NCBI GenBank assembly: GCA_963848295.1 | Contig: CAWKDB010000010.1 | Span: 1,664,001-1,728,000, forward strand | DNA: 64,000 nt | Direction: 5' to 3' | Origin: an uncultured delta proteobacterium | GTDB lineage: Bacteria; Myxococcota_A; Polyangia; Haliangiales; Haliangiaceae | Shown here: positions 55,674 to 64,000 of the stretch, piece after piece | Position numbering within the stretch: position 1 is the first letter of the stretch | How the letters are laid out: every line of letters begins with the position of its first letter | Program-made: the position numbers and the translations under genes | Notes under the pieces: generated by a model | Told to the model about the DNA's origin: nothing | The model's database searches: none | The model's input: only the letters and a program-made list of their open reading frames with translations

Positions 55674-56153
55674 CTACGAGCAGCCCTTCGCGAGCGGATT
55701 CTGAACGCACTCGGGGCTGATCTTCACGCCCTTCGCGCGCTCGGCTTGCTCGGCCCCACGCTTCGCCGCGGCGACCTCCGCTAGGGCCGCCGCGTGCTCC
55801 TTCTGGAGCTCGGCGAGCGCGGCCTTTGCGGTGGCGCGGTCGGCCTGCGTCGTCGCATTCACCACCATGTTGACAGCGGCATCGAGCTTCGCCTGCTGGT
55901 CCTCGAGCGCCTTCGCGAGCTTCTCGACCTTGTCTCCGGCCGCCTTGGCGTCGGCTCGCGCCTGATTCGTCGCGGCCACGGCGGCCTGCATCTTCTGCTC
56001 GGCGTCGGCCTGCTCGGCCCGCGCGCGGTCCACGACCGGGTCGATGCTCGGCTCCGGCGCGGTCGCGGATCCTTGCGGCGCGACCTCGTTGCCGCTGCCG
56101 TGACACGCCGCACCCGCAAGCAGACTCACGAACCCTAGGACGATCGATCGCAT
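55674..56153 (-). CDS. Coiled-coil lipoprotein with C-terminal Cys pair
   Basis: Lipobox GAAC; Ala/Lys/Glu-rich coil; ends ISPECVQNPLAKGCS. Confidence 0.75.
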   Translation of the reverse strand: MRSIVLGFVSLLAGAACHGSGNEVAPQGSATAPEPSIDPVVDRARAEQADAEQKMQAAVAATNQARADAKAAGDKVEKLAKALEDQQAKLDAAVNMVVNATTQADRATAKAALAELQKEHAAALAEVAAAKRGAEQAERAKGVKISPECVQNPLAKGCS

Positions 56154-56166
56154 ACCCTACCGTACG

Positions 56167-56847
56167 CTATTTCGCCGGCGGTTCGCTCGTGATCACCGGC
56201 GCAGCACGCGCCGGGCCGAGCAACTCGTCTCGCGCCGGGTATTTCTCGGGCGCGAGCTGTTCTAGCCGGAGCTCGCACCAAACGGACCATTCGTTCGCGA
56301 CCATCGTGTTCGTCGCTTGCTGGAGACATTGGACGTAGGAAGCCACCGCGCGCTCCTCCAGTGGCTCCGCCGCGGTGATCAGCTCTTCGCAAAACTCAGA
56401 CACGCGCGCATCCGCGTCCGGCGCGGCGAGGAGCTGAGCCGGGATCGGCTCGACAAGCAGCGATTCGGCGAAGTCCTCGACCATCTGCCCCATGCGCGCG
56501 TACGCCTCGAGCGCGCGGTCCGGCGAGACCAGCGCAGCCGCCGCCAGGTACTTCGCCGTCAACGCCTCCCCGCTCTCGTTCTTGCGCTGTGCCCACGACG
56601 TAAGCCACGCCACGCTGCGCCGGCGCATCGCAGGGTCGTTCGAATCGAAGTCGAGCCCTTTCGGGATCGCGAGCCGGAAGTAAGCAAGCAACTCGAGGTC
56701 GAGCGCGGCGATCGGGTCGCCCTTCGGTGCCGGGACCTGACGGGTCACCCGGGTCAGTCGCCGCGTCGACTCGGGCCCACAACGGGTTGGCGAAGGGCTC
56801 GCACGCGCGGTCGTGGCCAACACGACGAGCAACGCCAGAGATCTCAT
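56167..56847 (-). CDS. Secreted helical hypothetical protein
   Basis: Signal peptide MRSLALLVVLATTARA; C-terminal FCEEL...AEPLEERA...YVQCL...NEWSVWCELRL. Confidence 0.7.
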   Translation of the reverse strand: MRSLALLVVLATTARASPSPTRCGPESTRRLTRVTRQVPAPKGDPIAALDLELLAYFRLAIPKGLDFDSNDPAMRRRSVAWLTSWAQRKNESGEALTAKYLAAAALVSPDRALEAYARMGQMVEDFAESLLVEPIPAQLLAAPDADARVSEFCEELITAAEPLEERAVASYVQCLQQATNTMVANEWSVWCELRLEQLAPEKYPARDELLGPARAAPVITSEPPAK

Positions 56848-56906
56848 GCCAACACGACACGATCGGGGGTCGAGTGGTTGCGGGAGCTGACGGATCCCCG
56901 CGGGCG

Positions 56907-56948
56907 TCGTCACCGTCCCGACACATTCGGGCCGCCGAGGTGCCACCG
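56907..56948 (+). promoter_or_regulatory. Pho-box-like array upstream of pstS
   Basis: GTCAC, GACAC, GCCGC and GCCAC at 56909, 56920, 56931 and 56942. Confidence 0.65.
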
Positions 56949-56968
56949 TCGGTGACTAGGTTCGGGCC

Positions 56969-58066
56969 ATGAAGACCTCGATCCATCTCCTGATCAGCGC
57001 GTTCGCGATCGCGGCGCTGTCGACCTCGTGCAAGAAGAAGGCGGAAGACGGCGGCGGCAACGCCAAGACCGTCGAGAACACCGGAGGCATGAAGGGCGGC
57101 GACAAGCCGGCCGGCGGCTCGGTGACGCTCAACGGCAGTGGGTCGACGTTCCAGAAGCCATTCGACGAGGTGTGCATCGAAGCGTTCACGAAGGCGAACC
57201 CCGGGACGCAGATCAACTACGCGGGCGGCGGCTCCGGCAAGGGCCGCAAGGACCTCGGCGACATGGTCGTCGACTTCGCCGGCACGGACTCGCCGTTCAA
57301 GGACGAAGAGGCGAAGAGCGCCAAGGGCGGCGACCTGCTGCACTTCCCCATCCTGCTCGGAGCGGTGACGATCAGCTACAACCTCGACGGCGTCGACAAG
57401 CTCCAGCTGTCGGGTGAGACCGCGGCCAAGATCTTCCAGCGCGACATCAAGAAGTGGAACGACCCGGCGATCGCCGCCGACAACCCGGGCGTCAAGCTCC
57501 CCGCCACCGACATCGTCGTCGCGCACCGCGGCGATGGCTCGGGCACGACCGACATCTTCACGAAGTTCCTCGACGGAGGCTCGAACGGCACGTGGAAGCT
57601 CAAGAGCGGCTCGACGGTCGAGTGGCCGACCGACACGCAAGCCGGCCAGGGCAACGGCGGCGTCGCGCAGATCATCAAGACCACCGGCGGCGCGGTCGGT
57701 TACGTCGACCTCTCGGATGCCAAGCAGACCGGCCTGCACTACGCCGCGATCAAGAACAGCGCCGGCAAGTTCATCGAACCGGACGCGGCGTCGGTCTCGG
57801 CCGCGGGCGAAGGCATCGATGTCAAGGACAACTTGACGTTCAGCGCGGTCAACGCGAAGGGCGATGCGGCCTACCCGATCACAGGCCAGACCTGGATGGT
57901 CGTCTACGCGAAGCAGACCGACAAGGCCAAGGGCGACGCGGTCAAGAGCTTCCTCAAGTTCGTGCTCACCGATGGTCAGAAGCTTGCGGCCGGCGTCGAC
58001 TATGCGCCGCTTCCCAAGTCGCTTGCTGACAAGGCGATCGCGCAACTGGACAAGATCAAGACCTGA
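56969..58066 (+). CDS. pstS: Phosphate ABC transporter substrate-binding lipoprotein
   Basis: GSGSTF, GGGSGKG, DFAGTD, HRGDGSGTT, AYPI. Confidence 0.96.
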   Translation: MKTSIHLLISAFAIAALSTSCKKKAEDGGGNAKTVENTGGMKGGDKPAGGSVTLNGSGSTFQKPFDEVCIEAFTKANPGTQINYAGGGSGKGRKDLGDMVVDFAGTDSPFKDEEAKSAKGGDLLHFPILLGAVTISYNLDGVDKLQLSGETAAKIFQRDIKKWNDPAIAADNPGVKLPATDIVVAHRGDGSGTTDIFTKFLDGGSNGTWKLKSGSTVEWPTDTQAGQGNGGVAQIIKTTGGAVGYVDLSDAKQTGLHYAAIKNSAGKFIEPDAASVSAAGEGIDVKDNLTFSAVNAKGDAAYPITGQTWMVVYAKQTDKAKGDAVKSFLKFVLTDGQKLAAGVDYAPLPKSLADKAIAQLDKIKT

Positions 58067-58074
58067 GCAGACCC

Positions 58075-59022
58075 GTGGCCGGCATCGACCTACGCAGCAA
58101 AGGCGACCGCGCGGACCGAACGTTCCGCTGGCTCGCGATCGGCGCGGCCGCGCTCGTGTTGCTCGTGCTCGGGTTGATCGCACTGACGATGTCGACGCAG
58201 TCGGGACCGGTGCTCGACAAGATGGGCTTGAAGTTCTTCACCTCGAGTCGCTGGGCCGCGAACGACACCGATCCGAGCCAGGCGCTCTACGGCGCGCTGC
58301 CGTTCATCTGGGGCACGCTGTACACCGCGACGGTCGCGGTCATCCTCGCGGTGCCGGTCAGCCTCGGGATCGCGCTGTTCATCACGCAGGTCGCGCCGGC
58401 GAAGCTGCGCCGCCCGCTGGTCTATTTCGTCGATCTGCTCGCGGTCGTGCCGTCGGTCGTCTACGGGCTGTGGGGCGTGCTCGTGCTCGCGCCGAAGATC
58501 AAGCACGTCTACGACTCGATCCACAATGCCGTCGACGGCATCCCGGTGCTGCAATCGATCTTCGGTTCGGCCTCGGCCGGCAAGTCGTTCATGACCGCGG
58601 GCGTGATCCTCGCGATCATGATCATCCCGATCATCACATCGCTCGCGCGCGAGGTGATCGAGACGACGCCGCCGGGCGAGAAAGAAGCCGCGCTCGCGCT
58701 CGGAGCGACACGATGGGAGATGATCAGGATGTCGGTGCTGCCGCACAGCCGCGCCGGGTTGGTCGGCGCCGTGATGCTCGGCCTCGGCCGCGCGATGGGT
58801 GAGACGATCGCGGCGACGCTCGTGATCGGCGGTTCGGCCTCGATCACGACGAACCTGTTTGGCTCGGGCAACTCCATGCCCGCGGTCATCGCGAGCGAGT
58901 GGGGCGAAGCCGGCGATCTCCACAAGTCGGCGCTGATCGCGCTCGCGATGACGCTGTTCCTGATCACGATCGCGGTGAACCTGATCGCGACGCGCATCGT
59001 CGGCGCGAAGAGGCTCGCATGA
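58075..59022 (+). CDS. pstC: Phosphate ABC transporter permease
   Basis: [33 protein letters not shown]. Confidence 0.96.
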   Translation: MAGIDLRSKGDRADRTFRWLAIGAAALVLLVLGLIALTMSTQSGPVLDKMGLKFFTSSRWAANDTDPSQALYGALPFIWGTLYTATVAVILAVPVSLGIALFITQVAPAKLRRPLVYFVDLLAVVPSVVYGLWGVLVLAPKIKHVYDSIHNAVDGIPVLQSIFGSASAGKSFMTAGVILAIMIIPIITSLAREVIETTPPGEKEAALALGATRWEMIRMSVLPHSRAGLVGAVMLGLGRAMGETIAATLVIGGSASITTNLFGSGNSMPAVIASEWGEAGDLHKSALIALAMTLFLITIAVNLIATRIVGAKRLA

Positions 59023-60041
59023 TCGAGCCACCCGTCGCGATCGACCTGCGGGCGCGCCCGAGCTGGCGCCACGTCAAGAGCAACATTCTCGCCGGGTTGA
59101 TGCTCGGCGCCCTGTTGCTCGTCGCGTTCCCGCTGGTGTTCGTGCTCGCGTCGGTGATCGAGAAAGGTGCGGGCTCCGCGTTCAAGGACGCGCCGCTCAC
59201 ACCGATCCCGCTCGTCATCGGCTTGGGCATCCTGTTGTTCCGCGGCCTCAAGTCGAGGGTCGGGTTGGCGATCTCGGCGATCGGCCTCGTCATCGTGATC
59301 GTGTGCGTGGCGACCGACTCGACCGTGTTACCCGCGTTCTTCACCGCGACGATCCCGAAGGTCTCGTTCCGGCCAGGACCCGGGATGGGCCCCGCGATCG
59401 TCGGTACGTTACTCGTCACCGGCGGCGCGACCCTGATCGCGGTGCCGCTCGGCATCCTCGGCGCGGTCTATCTCAACGAGTATGGGGGCAACGCCGTGTT
59501 CGCGCGGCTCGTCCGGTTCATGGCGGTCGTGATGACCGGCGTACCTTCGGTCGTGATGGGCCTGTTCGTCTACATCACCTGGACGCTCAGCTTCGGCTAC
59601 TCCGCGTTCGGCGGCGCGCTCGCGCTCGCCTGTCTGATGTTGCCGGTCGTGATCGGCACGACCGAACAGATGCTCAAGCTCGTACCGAATCATCTCCGCG
59701 AAGCGTCGTACGCGCTCGGCGCCACCAAGGCACGCACGATCTTGACCGTCGTGTTACCGGCCGGTCTGCCCGGCATCGTGTCTGGCACGTTGCTCGCGAT
59801 CGCGCGTGCCGCGGGAGAGACCGCTCCGCTGCTGTTCACGGTCGGCGCGTCCACCGCCTACAACGTCCACTTCTTCGACGGCGCGAACAACGCGTTGCCG
59901 CCGCAGATCTTCGAGAACGCCAAGGCCGCAGCGGTCGCGCAAAACGATCGCGCGTGGGGCGCGGCGCTCACACTCATTCTCCTGACGTTCTTGATCACGC
60001 TGATCGCGCGCGTCGTCACCGCGCGGTTCGCGAAGAGGTAG
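59019..60041 (+). CDS. pstA: Phosphate ABC transporter permease
   Basis: [38 protein letters not shown]. Confidence 0.95.
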   Translation: MIEPPVAIDLRARPSWRHVKSNILAGLMLGALLLVAFPLVFVLASVIEKGAGSAFKDAPLTPIPLVIGLGILLFRGLKSRVGLAISAIGLVIVIVCVATDSTVLPAFFTATIPKVSFRPGPGMGPAIVGTLLVTGGATLIAVPLGILGAVYLNEYGGNAVFARLVRFMAVVMTGVPSVVMGLFVYITWTLSFGYSAFGGALALACLMLPVVIGTTEQMLKLVPNHLREASYALGATKARTILTVVLPAGLPGIVSGTLLAIARAAGETAPLLFTVGASTAYNVHFFDGANNALPPQIFENAKAAAVAQNDRAWGAALTLILLTFLITLIARVVTARFAKR

Positions 60042-60064
60042 CTCCGTTGCCCAGCGAGGATCCC

Positions 60065-60967
60065 ATGGTCGTAGAGCAAACCCAGACGAGCGAAGACAAG
60101 CCCCGCCCCGCGGTGGCTGGCGCACCTTCGAACCCGGTGCAGACGCCGGAGGTCCGCGCGAGCATGATCGAGATCCTCGACTCCGCGCCGGCGGTGTTCG
60201 ACGTCAGCGACCTCGAGGTGTTCTACGGCAGCTACCGCGCGGTGCACGGCGTGTCGATGAAGGTGCGCAAGAACCAGATCACCGCGTTCATCGGTCCGTC
60301 GGGCTGCGGCAAGACGACCGTGTTGCGCTGCTTCAACCGGATGAACGATCTGATCCAGGGCGCGCGCGTCGCCGGCAGCGTCAAGTATCACGGGACCGAT
60401 CTCTACGGCCCCGGGGTGTCTGCGACCGAAGTTCGCCGGCGTATCGGCATGGTGTTCCAGAAGCCGAACCCGTTTCCAAAAAGCATCTACGACAACATCG
60501 CGTTCGGCCCGCGGATCAACGGCGTCACCGATCGCTCGAAGCTAGACGAGATCGTCGAGAGGTCGCTGCGCGCCGCCGCCCTGTGGGACGAGGTCAAGGA
60601 TCGGCTCAAGAGCTCGGCGGTCGGCATGTCCGGCGGCCAGCAACAGCGGTTGTGCATCGCGCGCACGATCGCGGTCGAGCCCGAGGTCGTGCTGATGGAC
60701 GAGCCGTGCAGCGCGCTCGATCCGATCGCGACCGCGCGCGTCGAAGACCTGATGCGCGAGCTCAAGAGTCGGTTCACGATCGTGATCGTCACGCACAACA
60801 TGCAGCAAGCGGCGCGCGTCAGCGACCGCACCGCGTTCTTCACGGCCGAGGTGTCGAAGACCGAGCAGCGCTGCGGCGTGCTCGTCGAATACGATCACAC
60901 GTCGAAGATCTTCTCGAATCCGCGCGACGAACGGACCGAGAACTACATCACCGGCCGGTTCGGCTGA
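60065..60967 (+). CDS. pstB: Phosphate ABC transporter ATPase
   Basis: [45 protein letters not shown]. Confidence 0.97.
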   Translation: MVVEQTQTSEDKPRPAVAGAPSNPVQTPEVRASMIEILDSAPAVFDVSDLEVFYGSYRAVHGVSMKVRKNQITAFIGPSGCGKTTVLRCFNRMNDLIQGARVAGSVKYHGTDLYGPGVSATEVRRRIGMVFQKPNPFPKSIYDNIAFGPRINGVTDRSKLDEIVERSLRAAALWDEVKDRLKSSAVGMSGGQQQRLCIARTIAVEPEVVLMDEPCSALDPIATARVEDLMRELKSRFTIVIVTHNMQQAARVSDRTAFFTAEVSKTEQRCGVLVEYDHTSKIFSNPRDERTENYITGRFG

Positions 60968-60968
60968 G

Positions 60969-60993
60969 CACGGCGAAACGCCCCATCGCCGTG
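60969..60993 (+). terminator. Hairpin right after pstB (no U-tract)
   Basis: CACGGCGA-N9-TCGCCGTG. Confidence 0.4.
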
Positions 60994-61067
60994 AGAGAAA
61001 CCCGCAGGTTCGCCGCAACGACCTCGTAAGAGTTTGCCTGCGCGGCCGGCGATGAGATTATTCGAGC

Positions 61068-61394
61068 GTGGGCCGTCGGTTGCTGTCGCTGGTGCTGTGC
61101 ACGAGCTGCTCGTACTTCGCGGTCCACGGGCCGGGTGGCGAGAAGGATCCGCCGTGCACCGAGAGCGCGTTCTTGCCCTCGGCGGACGGCGTGATCGGCA
61201 CGTTCGCCGTCGCGGGAGCGATCGCGGGCGAGGTCGTCGACCACAAGAGCTCGCATCCGATCGATCACTTCGAGCTCTTGATCGGCCTGCCGGTGCTGAT
61301 CGCCGGGTTCACGTTCCTGTTCTCGGCGAACCACGGCACCGACAAGGTCGAAGAGTGCCGCGCGTCGAAGCCGCCGCCGCCGCCCGCCGAGTGA
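61068..61394 (+). CDS. Small membrane lipoprotein, hypothetical
   Basis: Lipobox CTSC, two hydrophobic segments, paired Cys. Confidence 0.6.
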   Translation: MGRRLLSLVLCTSCSYFAVHGPGGEKDPPCTESAFLPSADGVIGTFAVAGAIAGEVVDHKSSHPIDHFELLIGLPVLIAGFTFLFSANHGTDKVEECRASKPPPPPAE

Positions 61395-61401
61395 TCGCGG
61401 C

Positions 61402-63279
61402 TTACTGCTGCGCGCCGGCGATCAGCGCCTTGTACGTCGCATCCGGTCCGGGCAGACCAGCGCAGGCATGCGCCGCGGTCCCGACGGTCTGCGCACCGTA
61501 CGCGTAGTCGAGCGTGCATTCGTGCAGCTCGATCGTGGTCGCCGCGTGAGCGAACGCGAACGGCAACACCGCCGGCAGATAATCGGCTGCCCAGATTTGG
61601 CCGCCGGCATACGTGCCATCGGCGACGCCGGTCGCCGCGAACTGCACCATGGTATTCGGCGTGCAACTCGCGGCCGCGACGAACCACGAGCCGTTCAGCG
61701 CGTCGTTCGCGTTGCCGGTGACCTGCACGGTCGTCGTTCCAGTGCAATACAGCGAGCAGCCCGCACCGCAGGTCGCGGTCGCCACGCCGGCGCTGACCGT
61801 GATGCTATCGATCGCGAAGGTCTCGGCTTGCACACCACCACCGCCGGGCCAATAGGTCTGCAGGTGACGGATGACCGGCGCGGTGCGAAACACGTCGAAG
61901 TTCTCGACCCAATCGTGACGAGTGACCTTGCCCGCGTTGTAGAGCGCGATGTCGGACAAGCTCACACTTTCGTTGCCGAAGCCGAGCCCGTTGGCGACCG
62001 CCGAGACCGCGGAGGCATCGGCGTACGCCCAGTTGGCGTTGAACGGCGGGCCATCGTGTGACGAGATATCGAGTGGAATCGCGCTGTGTTGAGCGGCGAT
62101 AAACGCGTAGACCGAGTGCACGAAGCCGAGGTAGGCCGCGTCGGTAAAGCCTTTCGCCGCGCCGTTCGGTCCCGGCCACATCGCGTACTTCACCGCACCG
62201 CTGTCGCTGTTGGCGAGGCCGGTATTGCGCCAGCTCGCCACCGATCCATCCGCTGCGGTGTTGCAGCCTGCGGTCTGGCACCACGTCGGCGCGGTCGCCG
62301 CCGAAGCGCCATCACTGTTCGCGACGAAGTAGTAATCACCAGCGTTGCCGCTCGTCGGTTGGATCAAGTCGCCGGCGCGAACCGCGGCGCTCGCGGTCCA
62401 GTCGGTCGAGGGTACGAAACCAGTCGACGCGCACGCCGGATCGTCTTCGCCGCCGTGAAAACCGACGCGGATGTACGCGAAGTACGGCGCGAGCGTAGGT
62501 CCGTCACCGCTACCTGCGGCCGAGTAGTGGACGAGCAGCGCCGCGAGAAAGTGCTCGTACGCGGTCGTGAACGGCACTTCGTATTCGACTGGAAAGCCGG
62601 AGAAGTTCGTCGTGGGAAACGGTCCGGTCAGCGCGAGCCCGCTGCCCGCGACGATCTGACCACCCGCGACATTCCACGTCGCGAAGTCGGCGCCGCCGAA
62701 CGTCCCGGTGATCGGCGAGCCGACCGCCCAACCTTCGCTGCCGCCCTGCATGTTCTTGCACACCGCTACGTCTTGCGGCGGCGCACCGAGCGAGGTCGCG
62801 TAGGACTGGCTGTATACATAGCTCGGCGTGTACGTGTTGTCGTCGCCGGAGTCGCCGGTCGGCGAGACGATCAGCACGATCTTGCAGGCGCGACCGCCCG
62901 CGCAGCCCGATCCGAACGGCGTCGTCGCGTTCGTCGCGTACTTCATGAGCAGCGAGTCGAGCGCAGCCCAATGAAAGTCAGGTTCGGTAGCGCACGGCGC
63001 GGCGCCGCAGGCATCGATCGCGGACCAGCGCACGATCGCGCCGATGCCCGAGACATTCGGCAACACGTCGGACAAGAAATTGTCGAAGTGCGTGGTGTCC
63101 GCCGGACTCGGTGCCTCGAATGCGATCACGAGCGCCGGGCTCGTCGCACCTGAGCCGGCGTCGGAGCCGCTGGCGTCGACGACGTTCGCATCCGGGGTCG
63201 AGGTTCCGCTGTCCGGCGCAGCAGACTTTGTAGGTCCGTTGCACGCGGTGATGCAGGCTAAGGCGATGATAGGGCGCAT
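61402..63279 (-). CDS. Lipoprotein, possible glycoside-hydrolase-like barrel with inserted domains
   Basis: Lipobox ITAC; VRWSAID...DFHWAALD and YIRVG..GED resemble clan-A GH barrels. Confidence 0.6.
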   Translation of the reverse strand: MRPIIALACITACNGPTKSAAPDSGTSTPDANVVDASGSDAGSGATSPALVIAFEAPSPADTTHFDNFLSDVLPNVSGIGAIVRWSAIDACGAAPCATEPDFHWAALDSLLMKYATNATTPFGSGCAGGRACKIVLIVSPTGDSGDDNTYTPSYVYSQSYATSLGAPPQDVAVCKNMQGGSEGWAVGSPITGTFGGADFATWNVAGGQIVAGSGLALTGPFPTTNFSGFPVEYEVPFTTAYEHFLAALLVHYSAAGSGDGPTLAPYFAYIRVGFHGGEDDPACASTGFVPSTDWTASAAVRAGDLIQPTSGNAGDYYFVANSDGASAATAPTWCQTAGCNTAADGSVASWRNTGLANSDSGAVKYAMWPGPNGAAKGFTDAAYLGFVHSVYAFIAAQHSAIPLDISSHDGPPFNANWAYADASAVSAVANGLGFGNESVSLSDIALYNAGKVTRHDWVENFDVFRTAPVIRHLQTYWPGGGGVQAETFAIDSITVSAGVATATCGAGCSLYCTGTTTVQVTGNANDALNGSWFVAAASCTPNTMVQFAATGVADGTYAGGQIWAADYLPAVLPFAFAHAATTIELHECTLDYAYGAQTVGTAAHACAGLPGPDATYKALIAGAQQ

Positions 63280-63295
63280 ATATGCGGTGACCCGT

Positions 63296-63311
63296 TGCAA
63301 CGCACGTACCC
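63296..63311 (-). promoter_or_regulatory. Putative sigma54 promoter
   Basis: GGGTACGTGCGTTGCA (GG-N10-GC). Confidence 0.5.
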
Positions 63312-63355
63312 GCACAGGTAGGCCGCGCAGCCCGATCCGCTGTCCGGTCGAGCAG

Positions 63356-64000
63356 TCAGTGTCCTGCGAGGAAGTCAGCGATCGCCGCCGCGAAGTCCGT
63401 CGTATCGACGGTCGTGCACTGCGGGAGCTCGCGGCGATAAACCTCGGCAACCTCCCGTGGATGCTGCGGGTCGACGCCGGGCACGAGCAGCACCGGTGGC
63501 GCGATCGCGGCGAGCTCCGCCGCGGTGGCGAACGGCTGGGCGCCGGAGGCCATAAACCGGGTCAGCGCCGCGACGCTCGCCGGATCGTACGTCGCGAACG
63601 CTTGGCGCGCGGCCGCTTGCACCGCGAGTGGCAACGCGGCGAGCAGCGGGAACATCGCGTTCATGCCTTCGGTCAGCGCGCGCGCACCGGCATCCGCCAT
63701 CGCCTGCATCGCCGCGGCTTGCGCCGGCGTGAGCCCGATGTCGCCGCCCGCGAACGCCGGGTGGAGCACGACGAGCGCTTGCACGAGCTCGGGATGGCGC
63801 AACGCGACGCGCACCGCGACGCCCGCGCCGAACGAGATCCCGCCGATCACCGCGCGCGCCAGGCCGAGATGGCGAACCAGCGCGACGATGTCGTCGGCGA
63901 GCAGATCCCACGTGATCGCGCCCGCGTAGATCGAGCGGCCGCTGGCGCGCAGGTCCGGCGTGATCACGCGAAACCGCTCGGTCAGCGATCCAGCGATCAG
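63356..64000 (-). CDS. Alpha/beta hydrolase (N-terminus outside the window)
   Basis: PDLRASGRS, nucleophile motif GISFG, VPGVDPQHP. Confidence 0.85.
   Translation of the reverse strand: MIAGSLTERFRVITPDLRASGRSIYAGAITWDLLADDIVALVRHLGLARAVIGGISFGAGVAVRVALRHPELVQALVVLHPAFAGGDIGLTPAQAAAMQAMADAGARALTEGMNAMFPLLAALPLAVQAAARQAFATYDPASVAALTRFMASGAQPFATAAELAAIAPPVLLVPGVDPQHPREVAEVYRRELPQCTTVDTTDFAAAIADFLAGH

Noticed and set aside
55482..55784. Possible lipoprotein MRWLISCTLVGC
   Set aside because: Has a -10-like hexamer and lipobox but overlaps the convergent gene by about 110 bp and shows no domain; perhaps a remnant, not supportable as a CDS.

Overview
High-GC bacterial DNA, probably Myxococcota (inferred from the many Cys-rich lipoproteins, a MYXO-CTERM-like tail, TIGR02996/LRR protein, Ser/Thr kinase and sigma54-type promoters). 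It holds about 55 genes. Recognisable blocks: a SWIM-SNF2 helicase preceded by an orphan one-spacer CRISPR-like mini-array (type I-G/I-U-like repeat, no cas genes in the window); large surface proteins (InlB-B-like repeats, NHL repeats); a small decayed island at the 3' end of tRNA-Asn with a serine-recombinase remnant and a frameshifted toxin plus zinc-finger/HTH antitoxin; three coupled Cys-rich lipoprotein paralogs followed by a membrane Ser/Thr kinase and an ATP-grasp ligase; a DUF2760-Hsp70-Hsp70 cluster; a tandem SPFH pair; a signalling cluster (degenerate SpoIIE-type sensor, PilZ-REC, a three-gene PP2C operon with helical RsbR-N/globin-like domains, a double-REC regulator); ggt, a VWA lipoprotein, pepP, yhbY; and a Pho regulon (porin, phoB-phoR-phoU, pstSCAB) with three visible Pho-box arrays. 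The best candidates for undescribed biology are the mini-array next to SWIM-SNF2, the PP2C/helical-domain operon, and the Cys-rich lipoprotein-kinase cluster. All domain calls come from reading motifs by eye; no searches were run.
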